This document shows positions 52,019 through 62,454 of a DNA stretch of 64,000 bases, in pieces. The notes beneath the pieces were generated by a model. It was given only the letters and a program-made list of their open reading frames with translations, was not told the origin of the DNA and did no database searches. Source of the DNA: an uncultured delta proteobacterium (lineage in GTDB: Bacteria > Myxococcota_A > Polyangia > Polyangiales > Polyangiaceae); contig CAWKKR010000004.1 in the NCBI GenBank assembly GCA_963850305.1, positions 416,001 to 480,000 on the forward strand, written 5' to 3'. The stretch's first letter is position 1, and every line of letters starts with the position of its first letter. Position numbers and translations under genes: made by a program.

Positions 52019-54397
52019 ATGCGCCCGATGCCGATGCGCCCCTTCCGCAATATCCGTCGAGCACCCCTCCTTTTCGAACGGTGGCTCGGCGTTGCGATCG
52101 TCATCGTTCTTCTTTGCTTTCCGACCGGAGCGCGAGCTGCCGTGGTGGAAGCCCCCATCGGCGGAAACCCACTCGACCTCCCGCAGGATCGCGTTCTCTG
52201 CGGCACGCCTCCCGACGGCTGGACCGTCGACTCGAACCGGCGGCGCATGCACACGCCGGCGGCGGGGACGCCAGGGCTTTCCGTGACCGTACTCGTCGCG
52301 CAGAACGCGACCGCGTGCGCCGGTGCCCCGACGGAGAAGGTCACGCTCGTCGCGGTCGGAAACCTCCCGACGTTCGACGTCGCCAGCATCACGGTGGAGA
52401 TCGACTCCGGGCGGCTCGAAGCGCACGGAGACGGACTCGAGGGCGTTCGCATCGCGTGGCGCGCGGAGGGCAAGACCGGCAGCGACGTCTGCCTGAACGT
52501 CACGAAGGACAAGGGCCACGATCTGTGCGCGATCAACATCGATCGCTCTCTGCCGGCCGATCCGCGACGGCTCTCCCTTCACTTCATCCCGGCGCGAGGC
52601 CGCGACGGACCCGACGTCGTCATGTTCGACCGGACGGGCACGGCGCTCGCGGACGATCAGTTTCGCCTGCCGATCGCGCGCATCGTCATCGACCGCCTGT
52701 TTCCGGATTCCCACACCGTCGACCTCGCCAGCGGCGAAGGGCGCGTCGATCTCACGCACCCCGAAGCCGTCTCCTCGGCGGACTGCGGCGCCGCACGATG
52801 CAACGCGACGGAGACGGGGCTGGTCGTGCGAGGCGTCCCCGCCACCATCACGTCCATCACGACCAAGCTCCGGCTCTTGCCGCGCGTGTTTCTCAGGCGC
52901 GGCGACACGATGGACAACGTTCCGTCCGACAGCCTCTCCGTCCTCAGGTGCCCCCTGTCGATGGTCTCCGGAGAGCCGCTCCGCGACGTCGACGATCTCA
53001 GCGTCCTCATGAAGCTGGACAAGAGTTGCGCCAGTGGCGTCGATCAACTGAGGTGGTCCGCCGCCGGTGAGCCCGCCAGCGTCGTGCGGACCGAGAATGC
53101 GCCCGACGCCGTCTACGTCCTGCTCTGGGTCGGTCACGTCGAGAACGACCGGCTCACGATCGTCGCCTCGCGGGCGGACGATGGCTCCGTCGTCGCGGTC
53201 GACACCGAACACACCTGGCAAGCGCCGCCGCTTCGGACCTCGCTCACCCTGCCCACCTTCGGCGAGATCGAATTCATCCCGAAGAACCGCGACGCGATCC
53301 TGTCCGTGTCTCCCGCGCCGCGCATCGGCCGGATCGTTCCGATCTCGGTCCCCGGCGCCTACACGGCAACCGAGGAGAAGGACGGCTTTCACATCCGCGG
53401 CGAGTTCACGTCGGGCGGCTACACCGCACTCCGCTTCGCCTACCGCTTCCCTGGACTCCCCGACTCCTTCAGCACGACGAACCTCGCGACCCTGGACGAT
53501 CCCGTGCAGCGCCCGATCAAGGAAGCGAACATCCCCGCGCCGCTCGGCGCGTCCAGCGTGACCAAGTTCCCCATCGTGGAATTGTCCTGCATCCTCAGCA
53601 ACGGAAAGCTCTTCACGATCGCACCGGGGACCGCGCCGCACATTCCGTTCGCCGAGCGCGACAGTTGCCGGCTCGTGATCCATCGCGATCGAATCCCCGA
53701 ATCGAGCGGCGAGCAGCGCATCGACATCGACGTCTCGGTAACGACGTCCGGAGGCGCCGATCGACCCGAGGCGAAGCTGACGCAACACTTCCTGCTCCGG
53801 CACGGGAACGATCACGACATCATCTGGATCCGCGGCGCGAAGGAGCAGTTCGATCACATCAACGTCCACGTCACGCAGGTGATCGACGAATCTCAGTACA
53901 TCGGCGGCGCGGGTCGCACCGACATTCCGAGTTCACAATGGACGGTCGTGACGGAAGACGCGAACTTCAAATTCTACGCGACGGCCGCGATCCCCGCGAG
54001 CCTCTACCGCTTCTCGAAGGACCCCCAGGATCTCGGCACCGGGACGTTGACGGTGAACTTCGGCGTGCTCTCCCGGCTCACCTGGCTCGACTCGAACGGG
54101 AAGGAGGGTCTCCTCGGGCTCGAGGCCGGGGTCATGGCGATGGGGCTCGCGACCGACAAGGACCGTCAGCTGGCAATCGTAGCGGGGCCTGGTTTCTCGA
54201 TCCCCCTCGGCAACATCAATCAGCCCTCCCAGGCTGCCGTGAACATCCACGCGTGGGTCTCGTACACCATCGGCAAGCGCGAGGGCGACCTCGTCAACCC
54301 CGTCACGGGCGCCGTCGAAGGGACCGCCGTGCTCAATCACTGGGCCTTCGTCTTCGGCCCGAGCATCACGATCGGGAACATCGGGACGTTTCTGTGA
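52019..54397 (+). CDS. large secreted beta-rich hypothetical protein
   Basis: Signal peptide ending ARA; paired Cys; C-terminal amphipathic strands. Confidence 0.75.
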   Translation: MRPMPMRPFRNIRRAPLLFERWLGVAIVIVLLCFPTGARAAVVEAPIGGNPLDLPQDRVLCGTPPDGWTVDSNRRRMHTPAAGTPGLSVTVLVAQNATACAGAPTEKVTLVAVGNLPTFDVASITVEIDSGRLEAHGDGLEGVRIAWRAEGKTGSDVCLNVTKDKGHDLCAINIDRSLPADPRRLSLHFIPARGRDGPDVVMFDRTGTALADDQFRLPIARIVIDRLFPDSHTVDLASGEGRVDLTHPEAVSSADCGAARCNATETGLVVRGVPATITSITTKLRLLPRVFLRRGDTMDNVPSDSLSVLRCPLSMVSGEPLRDVDDLSVLMKLDKSCASGVDQLRWSAAGEPASVVRTENAPDAVYVLLWVGHVENDRLTIVASRADDGSVVAVDTEHTWQAPPLRTSLTLPTFGEIEFIPKNRDAILSVSPAPRIGRIVPISVPGAYTATEEKDGFHIRGEFTSGGYTALRFAYRFPGLPDSFSTTNLATLDDPVQRPIKEANIPAPLGASSVTKFPIVELSCILSNGKLFTIAPGTAPHIPFAERDSCRLVIHRDRIPESSGEQRIDIDVSVTTSGGADRPEAKLTQHFLLRHGNDHDIIWIRGAKEQFDHINVHVTQVIDESQYIGGAGRTDIPSSQWTVVTEDANFKFYATAAIPASLYRFSKDPQDLGTGTLTVNFGVLSRLTWLDSNGKEGLLGLEAGVMAMGLATDKDRQLAIVAGPGFSIPLGNINQPSQAAVNIHAWVSYTIGKREGDLVNPVTGAVEGTAVLNHWAFVFGPSITIGNIGTFL

Positions 54398-54430
54398 GCA
54401 GGAGCTCGCGGCACGGTAAAGGAGTCGGCA

Positions 54431-54456
54431 AAATCCCCGCCGCTCTCGACGGGGAT
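54431..54456 (+). terminator. stem-loop after the 52019 gene
   Basis: AATCCCCG...CGGGGATT inverted repeat; no U-tract. Confidence 0.4.
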
Positions 54457-54493
54457 TGAATCCGGGTGCACCCTGTCGCCGGTAGCACACGCC

Positions 54494-55528
54494 ATGTCCC
54501 TCCTCTCTCTCGCGCTACGTCGAGCCACCGGGCGGTGGCTCGCGGGCGTTTTTGCCGTATCCGGACTCGCCCTCGCCGATCCCGCAGGTCCCGCTTACTT
54601 GATCGAGCCCGGCGACGCGCCCGCGAACTCCGTCGTGATCGATCCCGCCCCGGACGCAACCGCGCCACCACCCGCGGCTCCTCTGCCACCGCCCGATGAC
54701 GGCGACGATTCGACCGCATCCGACGACGTGCCCCCGGACGTGACGCCGGCTTCGCCTCCGGTCGACGTCGCGGATACTCCGCCGGCGGCGCCGGAGCAGC
54801 CGTTGGACGATGATCCACGCAGCCTGGACGAGTTCGGGCCGCGGCTCAGTCCGTACGGCACCTGGTCCGACGACGCGAGCTACGGCACCGTCTGGACGCC
54901 GGATCAAAGCATCGTCGGTAGCGGGTTCTCACCCTATCTGTCGGGCGGCCACTGGATTCTGGACGCGGGAGGGAGTCGTAACTGGGTGAGCAGCTATCCG
55001 TTCGGAGACATCGTCTTCCATTACGGACGCTGGGTCTGGGCGACGCGCGGCTGGTCGTGGATCCCGGGCTATCGATACGCGCCGGCGTGGGTAGCGTGGC
55101 GCGTGCCGACCGACGCGTACGCCTATTACGGTTGGGCCCCACTCCCTCCGGACTTCGTGTGGGTGAACCACGCTGCCGCGTCGCTCTCGTGGCGCTCCTC
55201 CTATTACTGGATCTTTTGCCCGAGTACGTTCGTCTACGCCGCTTCGCCGGGCCTGTACGTCGTGCATTCGACCGCGGACGCACGCAGCATCGCGCGCCAC
55301 ACGCGGACGGTGCTCCCGGCGGTCACCCGTATCAGCCGCAATACGTACGCGATGACGGCGACGCGGGTCGCCCGTCCGATGGCACGCGTCGTTGCCCCCC
55401 GGAACCTCATGATGCGACGCGCCCCGGCCACGCACGTCGCGCCGCCCGCGCCCCGGACGGCACCCATGCATGGCGGCGGTCCTCAATCGCGGAGCTACGG
55501 TGGCCGCGGCGGCGGTCGAGGGCGCTGA
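54494..55528 (+). CDS. DUF6600-like Trp/Pro-rich exported protein
   Basis: LSPYGTW, YGTVWTP, GGHW, FHYGRW, WSWIPG, APAWVAWR. Confidence 0.8.
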   Translation: MSLLSLALRRATGRWLAGVFAVSGLALADPAGPAYLIEPGDAPANSVVIDPAPDATAPPPAAPLPPPDDGDDSTASDDVPPDVTPASPPVDVADTPPAAPEQPLDDDPRSLDEFGPRLSPYGTWSDDASYGTVWTPDQSIVGSGFSPYLSGGHWILDAGGSRNWVSSYPFGDIVFHYGRWVWATRGWSWIPGYRYAPAWVAWRVPTDAYAYYGWAPLPPDFVWVNHAAASLSWRSSYYWIFCPSTFVYAASPGLYVVHSTADARSIARHTRTVLPAVTRISRNTYAMTATRVARPMARVVAPRNLMMRRAPATHVAPPAPRTAPMHGGGPQSRSYGGRGGGRGR

Positions 55529-55626
55529 ATCGTTTTCCGAGCAACCGCGCTACCGCTACCTCTCGGTCGATCTCGATGCCCAGCCCGGACAACGGCCCCG
55601 CGGCTCCGATTTGGGTCGCTCCCTAA

Positions 55627-56205
55627 CTAATCGTCCAATCCGAGGCCCTTGAGGATCCTCGGGACGTGCTTCTCCACGCGGGCGGCCCGCGTCTGCGCCA
55701 GCTTCGGCTGCGAGAAATGGAAGATGTAGGCCCGCTGCCGACCCGGCGTCAGTGCGGCGAAGGCCGCCTTCAACCTGGCATTCGCGGCAAGCTTGCGCTC
55801 GAACTCATCGGGCAGCTCGAACTCATCGGTCTTCTTGAATTGCACCTTGAGCCCCGCGCGCTCGATCTCGATCGCGGCGCGCACGTAGGCCTTCACCGTC
55901 TTCTCGAGCTTGATCACGTCCTTTACACTGGTGAACCTGATCTGCCGGCCTGCCTGCACGTTCTTCGTCTGTTGAATGAGAACGCCCTTGGGGTCCGGGA
56001 GCAGCGAGCCCTTGTGAAACAGGATGGCGCAATACTCCTTGAAACCATGGATGAGCGCGACGTTCTTGCCATCCAGCGCGTAGCAAGGCTGGCCCCACTT
56101 CAGCGCCTCGGTCAGGCCGCTGTCGAGGAGGATCTTGCGGAGCTTCTCGAACTCCGCGCGCCACTTGTCCTGCCGCTTCAGGAATGCATCTACCTCGGGG
56201 TTCAT
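55627..56205 (-). CDS. YdeI/OmpD-associated (DUF1801) family protein
   Basis: LKWGQPCY, HGFKEYC, FHKG, QQTKNVQAGRQIRF, LTPGRQRAY. Confidence 0.92.
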   Translation of the reverse strand: MNPEVDAFLKRQDKWRAEFEKLRKILLDSGLTEALKWGQPCYALDGKNVALIHGFKEYCAILFHKGSLLPDPKGVLIQQTKNVQAGRQIRFTSVKDVIKLEKTVKAYVRAAIEIERAGLKVQFKKTDEFELPDEFERKLAANARLKAAFAALTPGRQRAYIFHFSQPKLAQTRAARVEKHVPRILKGLGLDD

Positions 56206-56393
56206 CGTCGGCCTCCTGCGTCGGGTGACGCTGAGCCCGTTTTACCCCGGCGGCGCGCACCGACGCGAGGGCGGCGTTCGAACGGCGGCGAGGACACCGG
56301 AGACGGAGGCGCGTCGCGAGTGCATTTCCCGTCGATGCGGGGCGCGAACAAGCTGGCATTTCGTCGCGGGCACGGCTGGGATAGGCGGAGCTG

Positions 56394-57359
56394 GTGCCGT
56401 TCGCGCCCGTGGTCGTGGAGTTCGTCCCACCGGACACCGCCGCCCAGCTCCGGACCACGCTGCTCGATGCGTGCAGCAGCGCCGCGGAGGGCACGTCCTG
56501 CGTCGACGCCGCCACGCCGGGCGACACCGCGCCGCTCGTCGTCGCCACGGTGACGTGGAAGGACGCAGCTCATGCCGAGATCCGCGTCACGCGCCGCCGC
56601 GAATCCGGCGTCGTCGTCCGCGATCTGACGTTCGGGGCCGGCGACCCGCCCGACGAACGCTTCCGCGCGGCGGGGCTCGTCGTCGGCACCCTGGCAAGCG
56701 TCCTCTCGCCGCCGGGTAAATCGTCGAGCGATGGCGCCGGTACGGCAACGGCGGAGACGCCGGCTCATGGCGACGACTCCGACGAGCCGCCCGTGTTCGC
56801 CTCCGAGCGCGACAATCTTCCGGCGCCGCCTTCGACCAGCATTCCGTCGAAGGCCCGTCGTGGCTCCTTCGCCATCGCAGGGCTCGCCGGTTCCGCCCTC
56901 GATAGAGGGCCATTACGCGTCGGCGCCGAACTGGAGGGCCGCGTCCAGATCGAGCCATCGGGCTGGTTCATGACGGCCGGGTTTGCGTTTTCGGAAAGCG
57001 CCGCGAGGCTCGAGAGTGTTCGCACCACCTGGGTTCAGGCCTTCGGGGGAACGGCGTTCGAGCGCGACGTCGGCGGGTCGTTCGCCGCGAGTGTCCACGC
57101 CGAGGGTTTCTGCGAGGAGCTCTCGGCGGACGTGCGCGTCGCGGGCGACGAGACGCCCACGGATGGTGGAAGGCTCGCAGGCGGCGCGCGCCTCGGCGCG
57201 GATCTCGTCTTCCGCGGCGCCGAGCCCATCGCGTTTTTCGCGGGCGGCAGCGGCAGCGTCACCTTCGGCACGACGACGATTCGCACCGGCGACAAGCTGG
57301 TGGGTATTGCTCCCGCGCTCGGCTACACCGTCAGAATCGGGATGCGCTACGAGTTCTGA
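56394..57359 (+). CDS. putative outer-membrane protein near the ECF module (5' end uncertain)
   Basis: N-domain with two Cys, linker, amphipathic strands ending RIGMRYEF (terminal Phe). Confidence 0.6.
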   Translation: MPFAPVVVEFVPPDTAAQLRTTLLDACSSAAEGTSCVDAATPGDTAPLVVATVTWKDAAHAEIRVTRRRESGVVVRDLTFGAGDPPDERFRAAGLVVGTLASVLSPPGKSSSDGAGTATAETPAHGDDSDEPPVFASERDNLPAPPSTSIPSKARRGSFAIAGLAGSALDRGPLRVGAELEGRVQIEPSGWFMTAGFAFSESAARLESVRTTWVQAFGGTAFERDVGGSFAASVHAEGFCEELSADVRVAGDETPTDGGRLAGGARLGADLVFRGAEPIAFFAGGSGSVTFGTTTIRTGDKLVGIAPALGYTVRIGMRYEF

Positions 57360-57366
57360 CCGAACG

Positions 57367-58050
57367 TCACCCGGCCCTGCATTCGTGCTCGAATGGATCG
57401 CACGTACCGCCTTCGCATTCGGTGGACTGGAGACACTCGACGCAGCCACCGAAGGACGCGCAGTAAGGTTTTGCCGCCCCGCAATCGGAGTCCTTGACGC
57501 ACTCCAGACACGACCCGAGAACGCAAAGACGCGCCTCGGCGCTGACGAGCCTCTGATTGGCGCAGTCCGCGTCCGTCTCGCACTCGACACAGACGCCGCT
57601 CGCGGCGTCGCAGATGGAGAAGGGCGGAAAGCATCCGGTTTCTCCGCCGCAGTGCACGCCGCACTGGTTCGATGTCTGATCGCAGACCGTCGCGGCAGGA
57701 CAATCGTTGGTCGTCAAGCACTGGACGCAGGCGTGCGAAGCGGTCTCGCACCGGGGCGCGAGGAACCCCAGACAGTCCGTGTCGCTCATGCATTCGACAC
57801 AACGCCCGAGCTCGACGTCACACACGGCGGGTCCCGACTTGCAGTCGGCGTTCGATTGGCACACTGGCACCCTCCCCGCGTCGACGCGACCGCGGCCGGC
57901 ATCCGGCGCTCCGGCGTCCGCGTTCGACGCGAGTTGAATGGTGTCGTTCCCGCAGCCGGAGATGACCAGGGCGACGAGAACCAGCGCGCGACCGAGCGAC
58001 CTCAACACGACCTCGCCTTCCGGATTGCCACGGGGCAGCACGGCGGGCAA
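57367..58050 (-). CDS. Cys-rich repeat lipoprotein (CVEC-x4-DC repeats)
   Basis: Lipobox ISGC; repeated CVEC/CVQC/CLEC units. Confidence 0.82.
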   Translation of the reverse strand: MPAVLPRGNPEGEVVLRSLGRALVLVALVISGCGNDTIQLASNADAGAPDAGRGRVDAGRVPVCQSNADCKSGPAVCDVELGRCVECMSDTDCLGFLAPRCETASHACVQCLTTNDCPAATVCDQTSNQCGVHCGGETGCFPPFSICDAASGVCVECETDADCANQRLVSAEARLCVLGSCLECVKDSDCGAAKPYCASFGGCVECLQSTECEGGTCDPFEHECRAG

Positions 58051-58150
58051 GGGGACGGAATCGCCGCTAAGTCCGTGAAAAGACGGAGAGGATGGGGCGC
58101 GAAACCGCTGCCTAATCTCGGGGCCGACGGGTGACTATGCTGGAGTCCTC

Positions 58151-58813
58151 GTGCCGGAAAATATCGCCCGAATCCAGCGCCCCAAGCTGCGAGCCGTCCC
58201 GGGCCGAGGGCGGGCGGAAGACGCCATTAGCGACGAGCAGCTCATCGAGGCGGTTCGGGAGGGCGACAGCCGCGTGGCGGACGAGCTTTACCGGCGCCTC
58301 GCGGGAGTCGTCGATCGGACCTTGTACAAGATCTTCGGGCGACGCGAATCGGACCACGACGACATCGTCCAGATGGCCTTCGAGCAGGTCGTCGAGACTC
58401 TGTCGCGGCAGCAGTTCGCCGGAGCTTGCAGTCTCGAGACGTGGGCGTCGCGTGTTGCGGCCCACGTGGCTCTGAACGCCCTTCGCGCGCGGAGGCGCGA
58501 AAGGCGCTGGGTCGATCGCCAGTCGGACGCGCTCGTCGCGTCCGAGCAGCGGCCCGTTCAACACGATTCGGACCGCCTCCTGCAGGCTCGCGCGAAGCTG
58601 GAACAGGTGAGGCGCCACCTCGTCGCCATGAAGCCGGAGCAAGCGGAGACGGTGTTCTTGCACGACGGTCTCGGCCACGACCTGGCGGAGATCGCGATGA
58701 TGACCGGGGCGACCGTCGCGGCAGCGCAGTCGCGGCTCGTGCGCGGCCGAAAAGAACTCTTCAGACGCCTCGACCGCGAGGAAAAAAACGCTCGCACAAG
58801 GAGCGACTCATGA
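58151..58813 (+). CDS. ECF (sigma-70 family) RNA polymerase sigma factor
   Basis: SDEQLI, DDIVQMAF, LETWASRVA, region 4 GHDLAEIAMMTG..VAAAQSRLVRGR. Confidence 0.93.
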   Translation: MPENIARIQRPKLRAVPGRGRAEDAISDEQLIEAVREGDSRVADELYRRLAGVVDRTLYKIFGRRESDHDDIVQMAFEQVVETLSRQQFAGACSLETWASRVAAHVALNALRARRRERRWVDRQSDALVASEQRPVQHDSDRLLQARAKLEQVRRHLVAMKPEQAETVFLHDGLGHDLAEIAMMTGATVAAAQSRLVRGRKELFRRLDREEKNARTRSDS

Positions 58814-59985
58814 TGGGCCGAGACGATCAGGAGCGAGCTAGGGATTTGACGCGGCTGTGGCAGGAAGCCGGGGTATCCGTCGAAGACGATGGAATGGAGA
58901 GCGCTCGGCGCGCGCGCGTCGTGCCGCGCATCGGGGACGCCATTCTGAAGGCCGCGACGCGACGGCGGTGGGAGCGGAGCACGAAGCGCGTCGCGTTCGT
59001 TGCCGCGGCGGCCGCTGTGTTCGCTGCGTTCGCGCTGGGCCACTACTCCGAACGTTCGCCCGGAAGAGCGGTCGCGACGATGGCGGGAACCATGAACTCG
59101 GTGAGCGCCCACGGTAGCGTCACGTTGACCCACGGCGCGGAGGCTCACGCCATCGAGCGCGCGGCGTTCGAGCTGGGAGACAGTGTCTCGACCGGACCGG
59201 AGGCGAACGCGGAAATCAGGCTGTCGAACCTCGTCGTCGCCGAGGTGGGGAGCTCGAGCGAGCTCTCGCTCATGACGCCTCGAACGTCGACGCATCGGCT
59301 GCGGCTCGACCGCGGCGAGATCCACGCCAAGGTGGACGATCGGCCGAGCCCGAGGCCAAAGCTCATCGTGGAAACGCCGAACGCGGAGGTCGTCGTCACG
59401 GGGACGATCTTCGAGGTGGACGTGACGCCGGCAGCGATGGGCACGGACGCAACGACGGTCGTCACCGTGACGAAGGGACGCATCGTGGTGCGCCGCGACG
59501 GGGCGGAGATCGCGGCCGTCACGGCGGGACAGCGCTGGAGTTCGGCGACGATGACGGCCCGTGCGCCGCTCGTACCACCGCCGGCGGTCGCCGCGCCCGC
59601 GCCGAGCGCGGCGCCCATGAAGACTAGGCCGACGGCTGCGGTGGTCCCGCATGAGGCAAAGGAACCAGAGGCTGCGCCCGCGCCCGCAACGAAGGACGAC
59701 GTCGCGGGAACGCTCGCCGAGGAGAACCGCCTGTTCGAGACCGCCGTCGAGGCGAGAAACCAGGGCAACGACTACGAGGCGATCACGCGGCTCACGGAGC
59801 TGCTCGATCGTTATCCGAGCGCGCCGCTCGCGTCCGAAGCGCGCGTCGAACGCATGCGCGCGCTCGAGCGAACGGGACACGTGATCGAAGCCGCGCGCGA
59901 AGCAAGGCTTTATCTGTCGGACTTTCCGCACGGATTCGCACGGGCAGAAGCACAGTCGCTGGTCTCGCAAATCGATTCGAACTGA
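58810..59985 (+). CDS. FecR-domain anti-sigma factor with C-terminal TPR
   Basis: ATGA overlap; TM; VETPNAEVVVTGTIFEV FecR motif; LAEENRLF...YPSAPLASEARVER...YLSDFPHG. Confidence 0.87.
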   Translation: MMGRDDQERARDLTRLWQEAGVSVEDDGMESARRARVVPRIGDAILKAATRRRWERSTKRVAFVAAAAAVFAAFALGHYSERSPGRAVATMAGTMNSVSAHGSVTLTHGAEAHAIERAAFELGDSVSTGPEANAEIRLSNLVVAEVGSSSELSLMTPRTSTHRLRLDRGEIHAKVDDRPSPRPKLIVETPNAEVVVTGTIFEVDVTPAAMGTDATTVVTVTKGRIVVRRDGAEIAAVTAGQRWSSATMTARAPLVPPPAVAAPAPSAAPMKTRPTAAVVPHEAKEPEAAPAPATKDDVAGTLAEENRLFETAVEARNQGNDYEAITRLTELLDRYPSAPLASEARVERMRALERTGHVIEAAREARLYLSDFPHGFARAEAQSLVSQIDSN

Positions 59986-59994
59986 GGGCAGTCC

Positions 59995-60732
59995 ATGAAG
60001 AACGCAATGGCGAGCGATCTCGAAGAGCCCCACGCGGACTCGTTCTTCCGCGCGGGCGACGAAGGAACCTACGCCGGGGGCCCGGCCAAATCGGTTGCAC
60101 CGGTGCACCTGGAGACGGAGGAAGACGAGCCGTCACATTTCGCGACGCCTGCGCAGCTGGCCCGTCGAGAACGGCTTCGTCGGCTGGTGACGACGGTGGT
60201 CGGATCGCTTGCCGGCGCGTCGCTCCTCGTGTTCGCGTACCGGCTCGGTCGCGCGACACGCAGCGACGGCGGCGTGCCCCAGACCCTCGTTATGGCCCGC
60301 CCATCGGCGCTGCTCGGCGCGACAGCACCGGTCGTGCCGGCACCGGTCGTGACGAACGCTGTACCCAAGGATCTTCCAGCGCTAGTGCCAGTTGCCCAGG
60401 CGCCGAGCTCCGAAGTCGACACCCGCACGACTGGGGCGGCGACTGCACCTGCGACGCCGCCCGCGAAAGACCTTGGTGCTGCCAAGACCGACGAACCGAA
60501 CGCAAACGTGAGGCCACCGCCTAGCGTGCGGACTGCCGCCGCTGCGGTGAGCGCCGGCGTGCACGCGAAAAGCCCGGCTGTCCTCGCTTCGACCCCGCCA
60601 AGGCCGACCCGGACAGCTCGACCGGCCCCCGAAGAGAACGTGGCGGCACCCGCTCAGCGCGCTACCAGGGAATCCGGCACGGGCGCGGACCCTGAACCCC
60701 ACTCGCCTCCGACCGCCAGTTTCCCGGACTGA
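59995..60732 (+). CDS. single-TM Pro/Ala-rich hypothetical protein
   Basis: Acidic N-terminus, RRERLRR + TM, disordered tail ending ASFPD. Confidence 0.65.
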   Translation: MKNAMASDLEEPHADSFFRAGDEGTYAGGPAKSVAPVHLETEEDEPSHFATPAQLARRERLRRLVTTVVGSLAGASLLVFAYRLGRATRSDGGVPQTLVMARPSALLGATAPVVPAPVVTNAVPKDLPALVPVAQAPSSEVDTRTTGAATAPATPPAKDLGAAKTDEPNANVRPPPSVRTAAAAVSAGVHAKSPAVLASTPPRPTRTARPAPEENVAAPAQRATRESGTGADPEPHSPPTASFPD

Positions 60733-60843
60733 AATCCGGTCGAGCTGGACTCTCTGCCTGCCGGTTACCTGCTGCGGCTACCTAAGCACCGACAGGGAGA
60801 TCGATGCGTGGCGCGCGCCACATCCGGTTCAACGGAGGCGAAC

Positions 60844-61671
60844 ATGAGACTTTCACTGATCATCGGCGTGCTGGGTCTGACCATTTTCGCAGGCGGGATC
60901 ACCGGTTGCGGCGGAAGCACGAGCTCCGGCACGGGCGGGACGAACAGAGATGGAGGGCCCGGCGCAGGCGGCTCCGGAGCCGTCTCATCCGAGGCGGGGG
61001 GCACGAGCGCGGGTTCGGGTGGCTTCGCGACCGGGGCGGGTGGAATCGCAAATGGTCCGGACGGCGGCCGCGATCGCGGCGCCTGCGCGGCGGACACGGA
61101 TTGCTCCATCGCGCTTGGCGGTGCCGTGTGCAACACCGCGACAGGACGATGCGTCGCGTGCCTGACGACGGACGATTGCCAGAAGGGGGAGGCCTGCACC
61201 GCGGACCACACGTGCGTCCCGATCTGCACGGGTAACGCGCAATGCGCGCTCAGGACGCCCATCTGCGGTCCTCAGAACGTCTGTGTCGAGTGCACGGCGG
61301 ACGGCGACTGCACTCGTGCCGCTGGGCGAACGAAGTGCGACACGGCCACGGACGCTTGCGTCGAATGCACGTCCAAGGCTGATTGCGCGAACGTCCAGGG
61401 CCGGCCGGAGTGCCTGACCACGACGGACACGTGCGTGGAGTGCGCGACGAACGACGAATGTGCGAACGTCCAGGGCCGACCCGTGTGCCTGGCGACTGCG
61501 GGAACCTGTGTCGAGTGCGGCGCGGACGCGGATTGCAAGGCCGCGGCGCGCCCGCTTTGCGCCGTCGCGGTCGGCACCTGCGTCGAGTGCAAGTCGGACA
61601 CGGACTGCCCTGCAGCCACACCGACGTGCCGACTCGGAGCGTGTGTCGCGGCGCGCACACCGACGCCCTAG
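60844..61671 (+). CDS. Cys-rich repeat lipoprotein (CVEC repeats, Gly/Ser/Thr linker)
   Basis: GGAGG RBS; lipobox ITGC; multiple CVEC-x4-(D/E)C units. Confidence 0.85.
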   Translation: MRLSLIIGVLGLTIFAGGITGCGGSTSSGTGGTNRDGGPGAGGSGAVSSEAGGTSAGSGGFATGAGGIANGPDGGRDRGACAADTDCSIALGGAVCNTATGRCVACLTTDDCQKGEACTADHTCVPICTGNAQCALRTPICGPQNVCVECTADGDCTRAAGRTKCDTATDACVECTSKADCANVQGRPECLTTTDTCVECATNDECANVQGRPVCLATAGTCVECGADADCKAAARPLCAVAVGTCVECKSDTDCPAATPTCRLGACVAARTPTP

Positions 61672-61733
61672 CGGCCCCGGGGACGTGCGTAACGTTGTTT
61701 ACGAAACCCGGCTCGGAGTGCGATCATCCGGAG

Positions 61734-62375
61734 ATGCCCCGGCGCGCCGTTTGGTTTGCGACGCTTCTGGCGTGCGCGTGCACCAGTCCGTCGAACGAGG
61801 GCGGGACTGGCTTGGGCCTCGCGGCGGGCGAAGATGCGGGGCCGTCACCGTTCGAAGCGGGCGCACCGACGGGCAGCTGTGACGCCGTCGAGCAGCAGCA
61901 GAGCATCGAGGGGTGGAACCATGTCGCCGTCTGTTCGGCGGTGACGTACGGAACCAGGCCGCCCTCTTCGGGCGATCACTATCCGGTCTGGGCTGCCTTT
62001 CAGGCGTACGATACGCCGGTCCCCGAGGGGTTCTGGGTCCACGACCTCGAGCACGGCGCGATCGTCATTTCCTACAACTGCCGGGAGGGGTGCGCGGCAG
62101 ACGTCGCCGCCGCGACGAGCTTGTTCGACACACTCCCTGACGATCCCACGTGCGACATGACGGGCGACGGCGTCCGCCATCGCGACATCGTGACGCCGGA
62201 TCCGAAGCTCGACGTCCCGATCGCGGCGAGCGCGTGGGGCTGGACGCTGCGCGCACGATGCTACGACCCCGTCGCTTTCAAGGCGTTCGCGGAGAAGCAC
62301 TACGGACAGGGTCGCGAAGATCTGTGCGACCAGGGCGTGGACATCTCGGCAGAACCGGCCGGCTGCGGAGACTGA
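61734..62375 (+). CDS. DUF3105 domain lipoprotein
   Basis: PPSSGDHY, VHDLEHGAIVISY, AASAWG. Confidence 0.85.
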   Translation: MPRRAVWFATLLACACTSPSNEGGTGLGLAAGEDAGPSPFEAGAPTGSCDAVEQQQSIEGWNHVAVCSAVTYGTRPPSSGDHYPVWAAFQAYDTPVPEGFWVHDLEHGAIVISYNCREGCAADVAAATSLFDTLPDDPTCDMTGDGVRHRDIVTPDPKLDVPIAASAWGWTLRARCYDPVAFKAFAEKHYGQGREDLCDQGVDISAEPAGCGD

Positions 62376-62454
62376 GAGAAATGGGGCCCCCTGCCCCATC
62401 GGCTCGCGTCGGGCCAGCTCTGGCCGCGAGCCGATGGGCTGGAGCAGCGTCGGT

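Noticed and set aside
56330..56400. Frameshifted signal peptide for the 56394 gene
   Set aside because: Plausible, but it would need more than one indel; it cannot be supported without reads.
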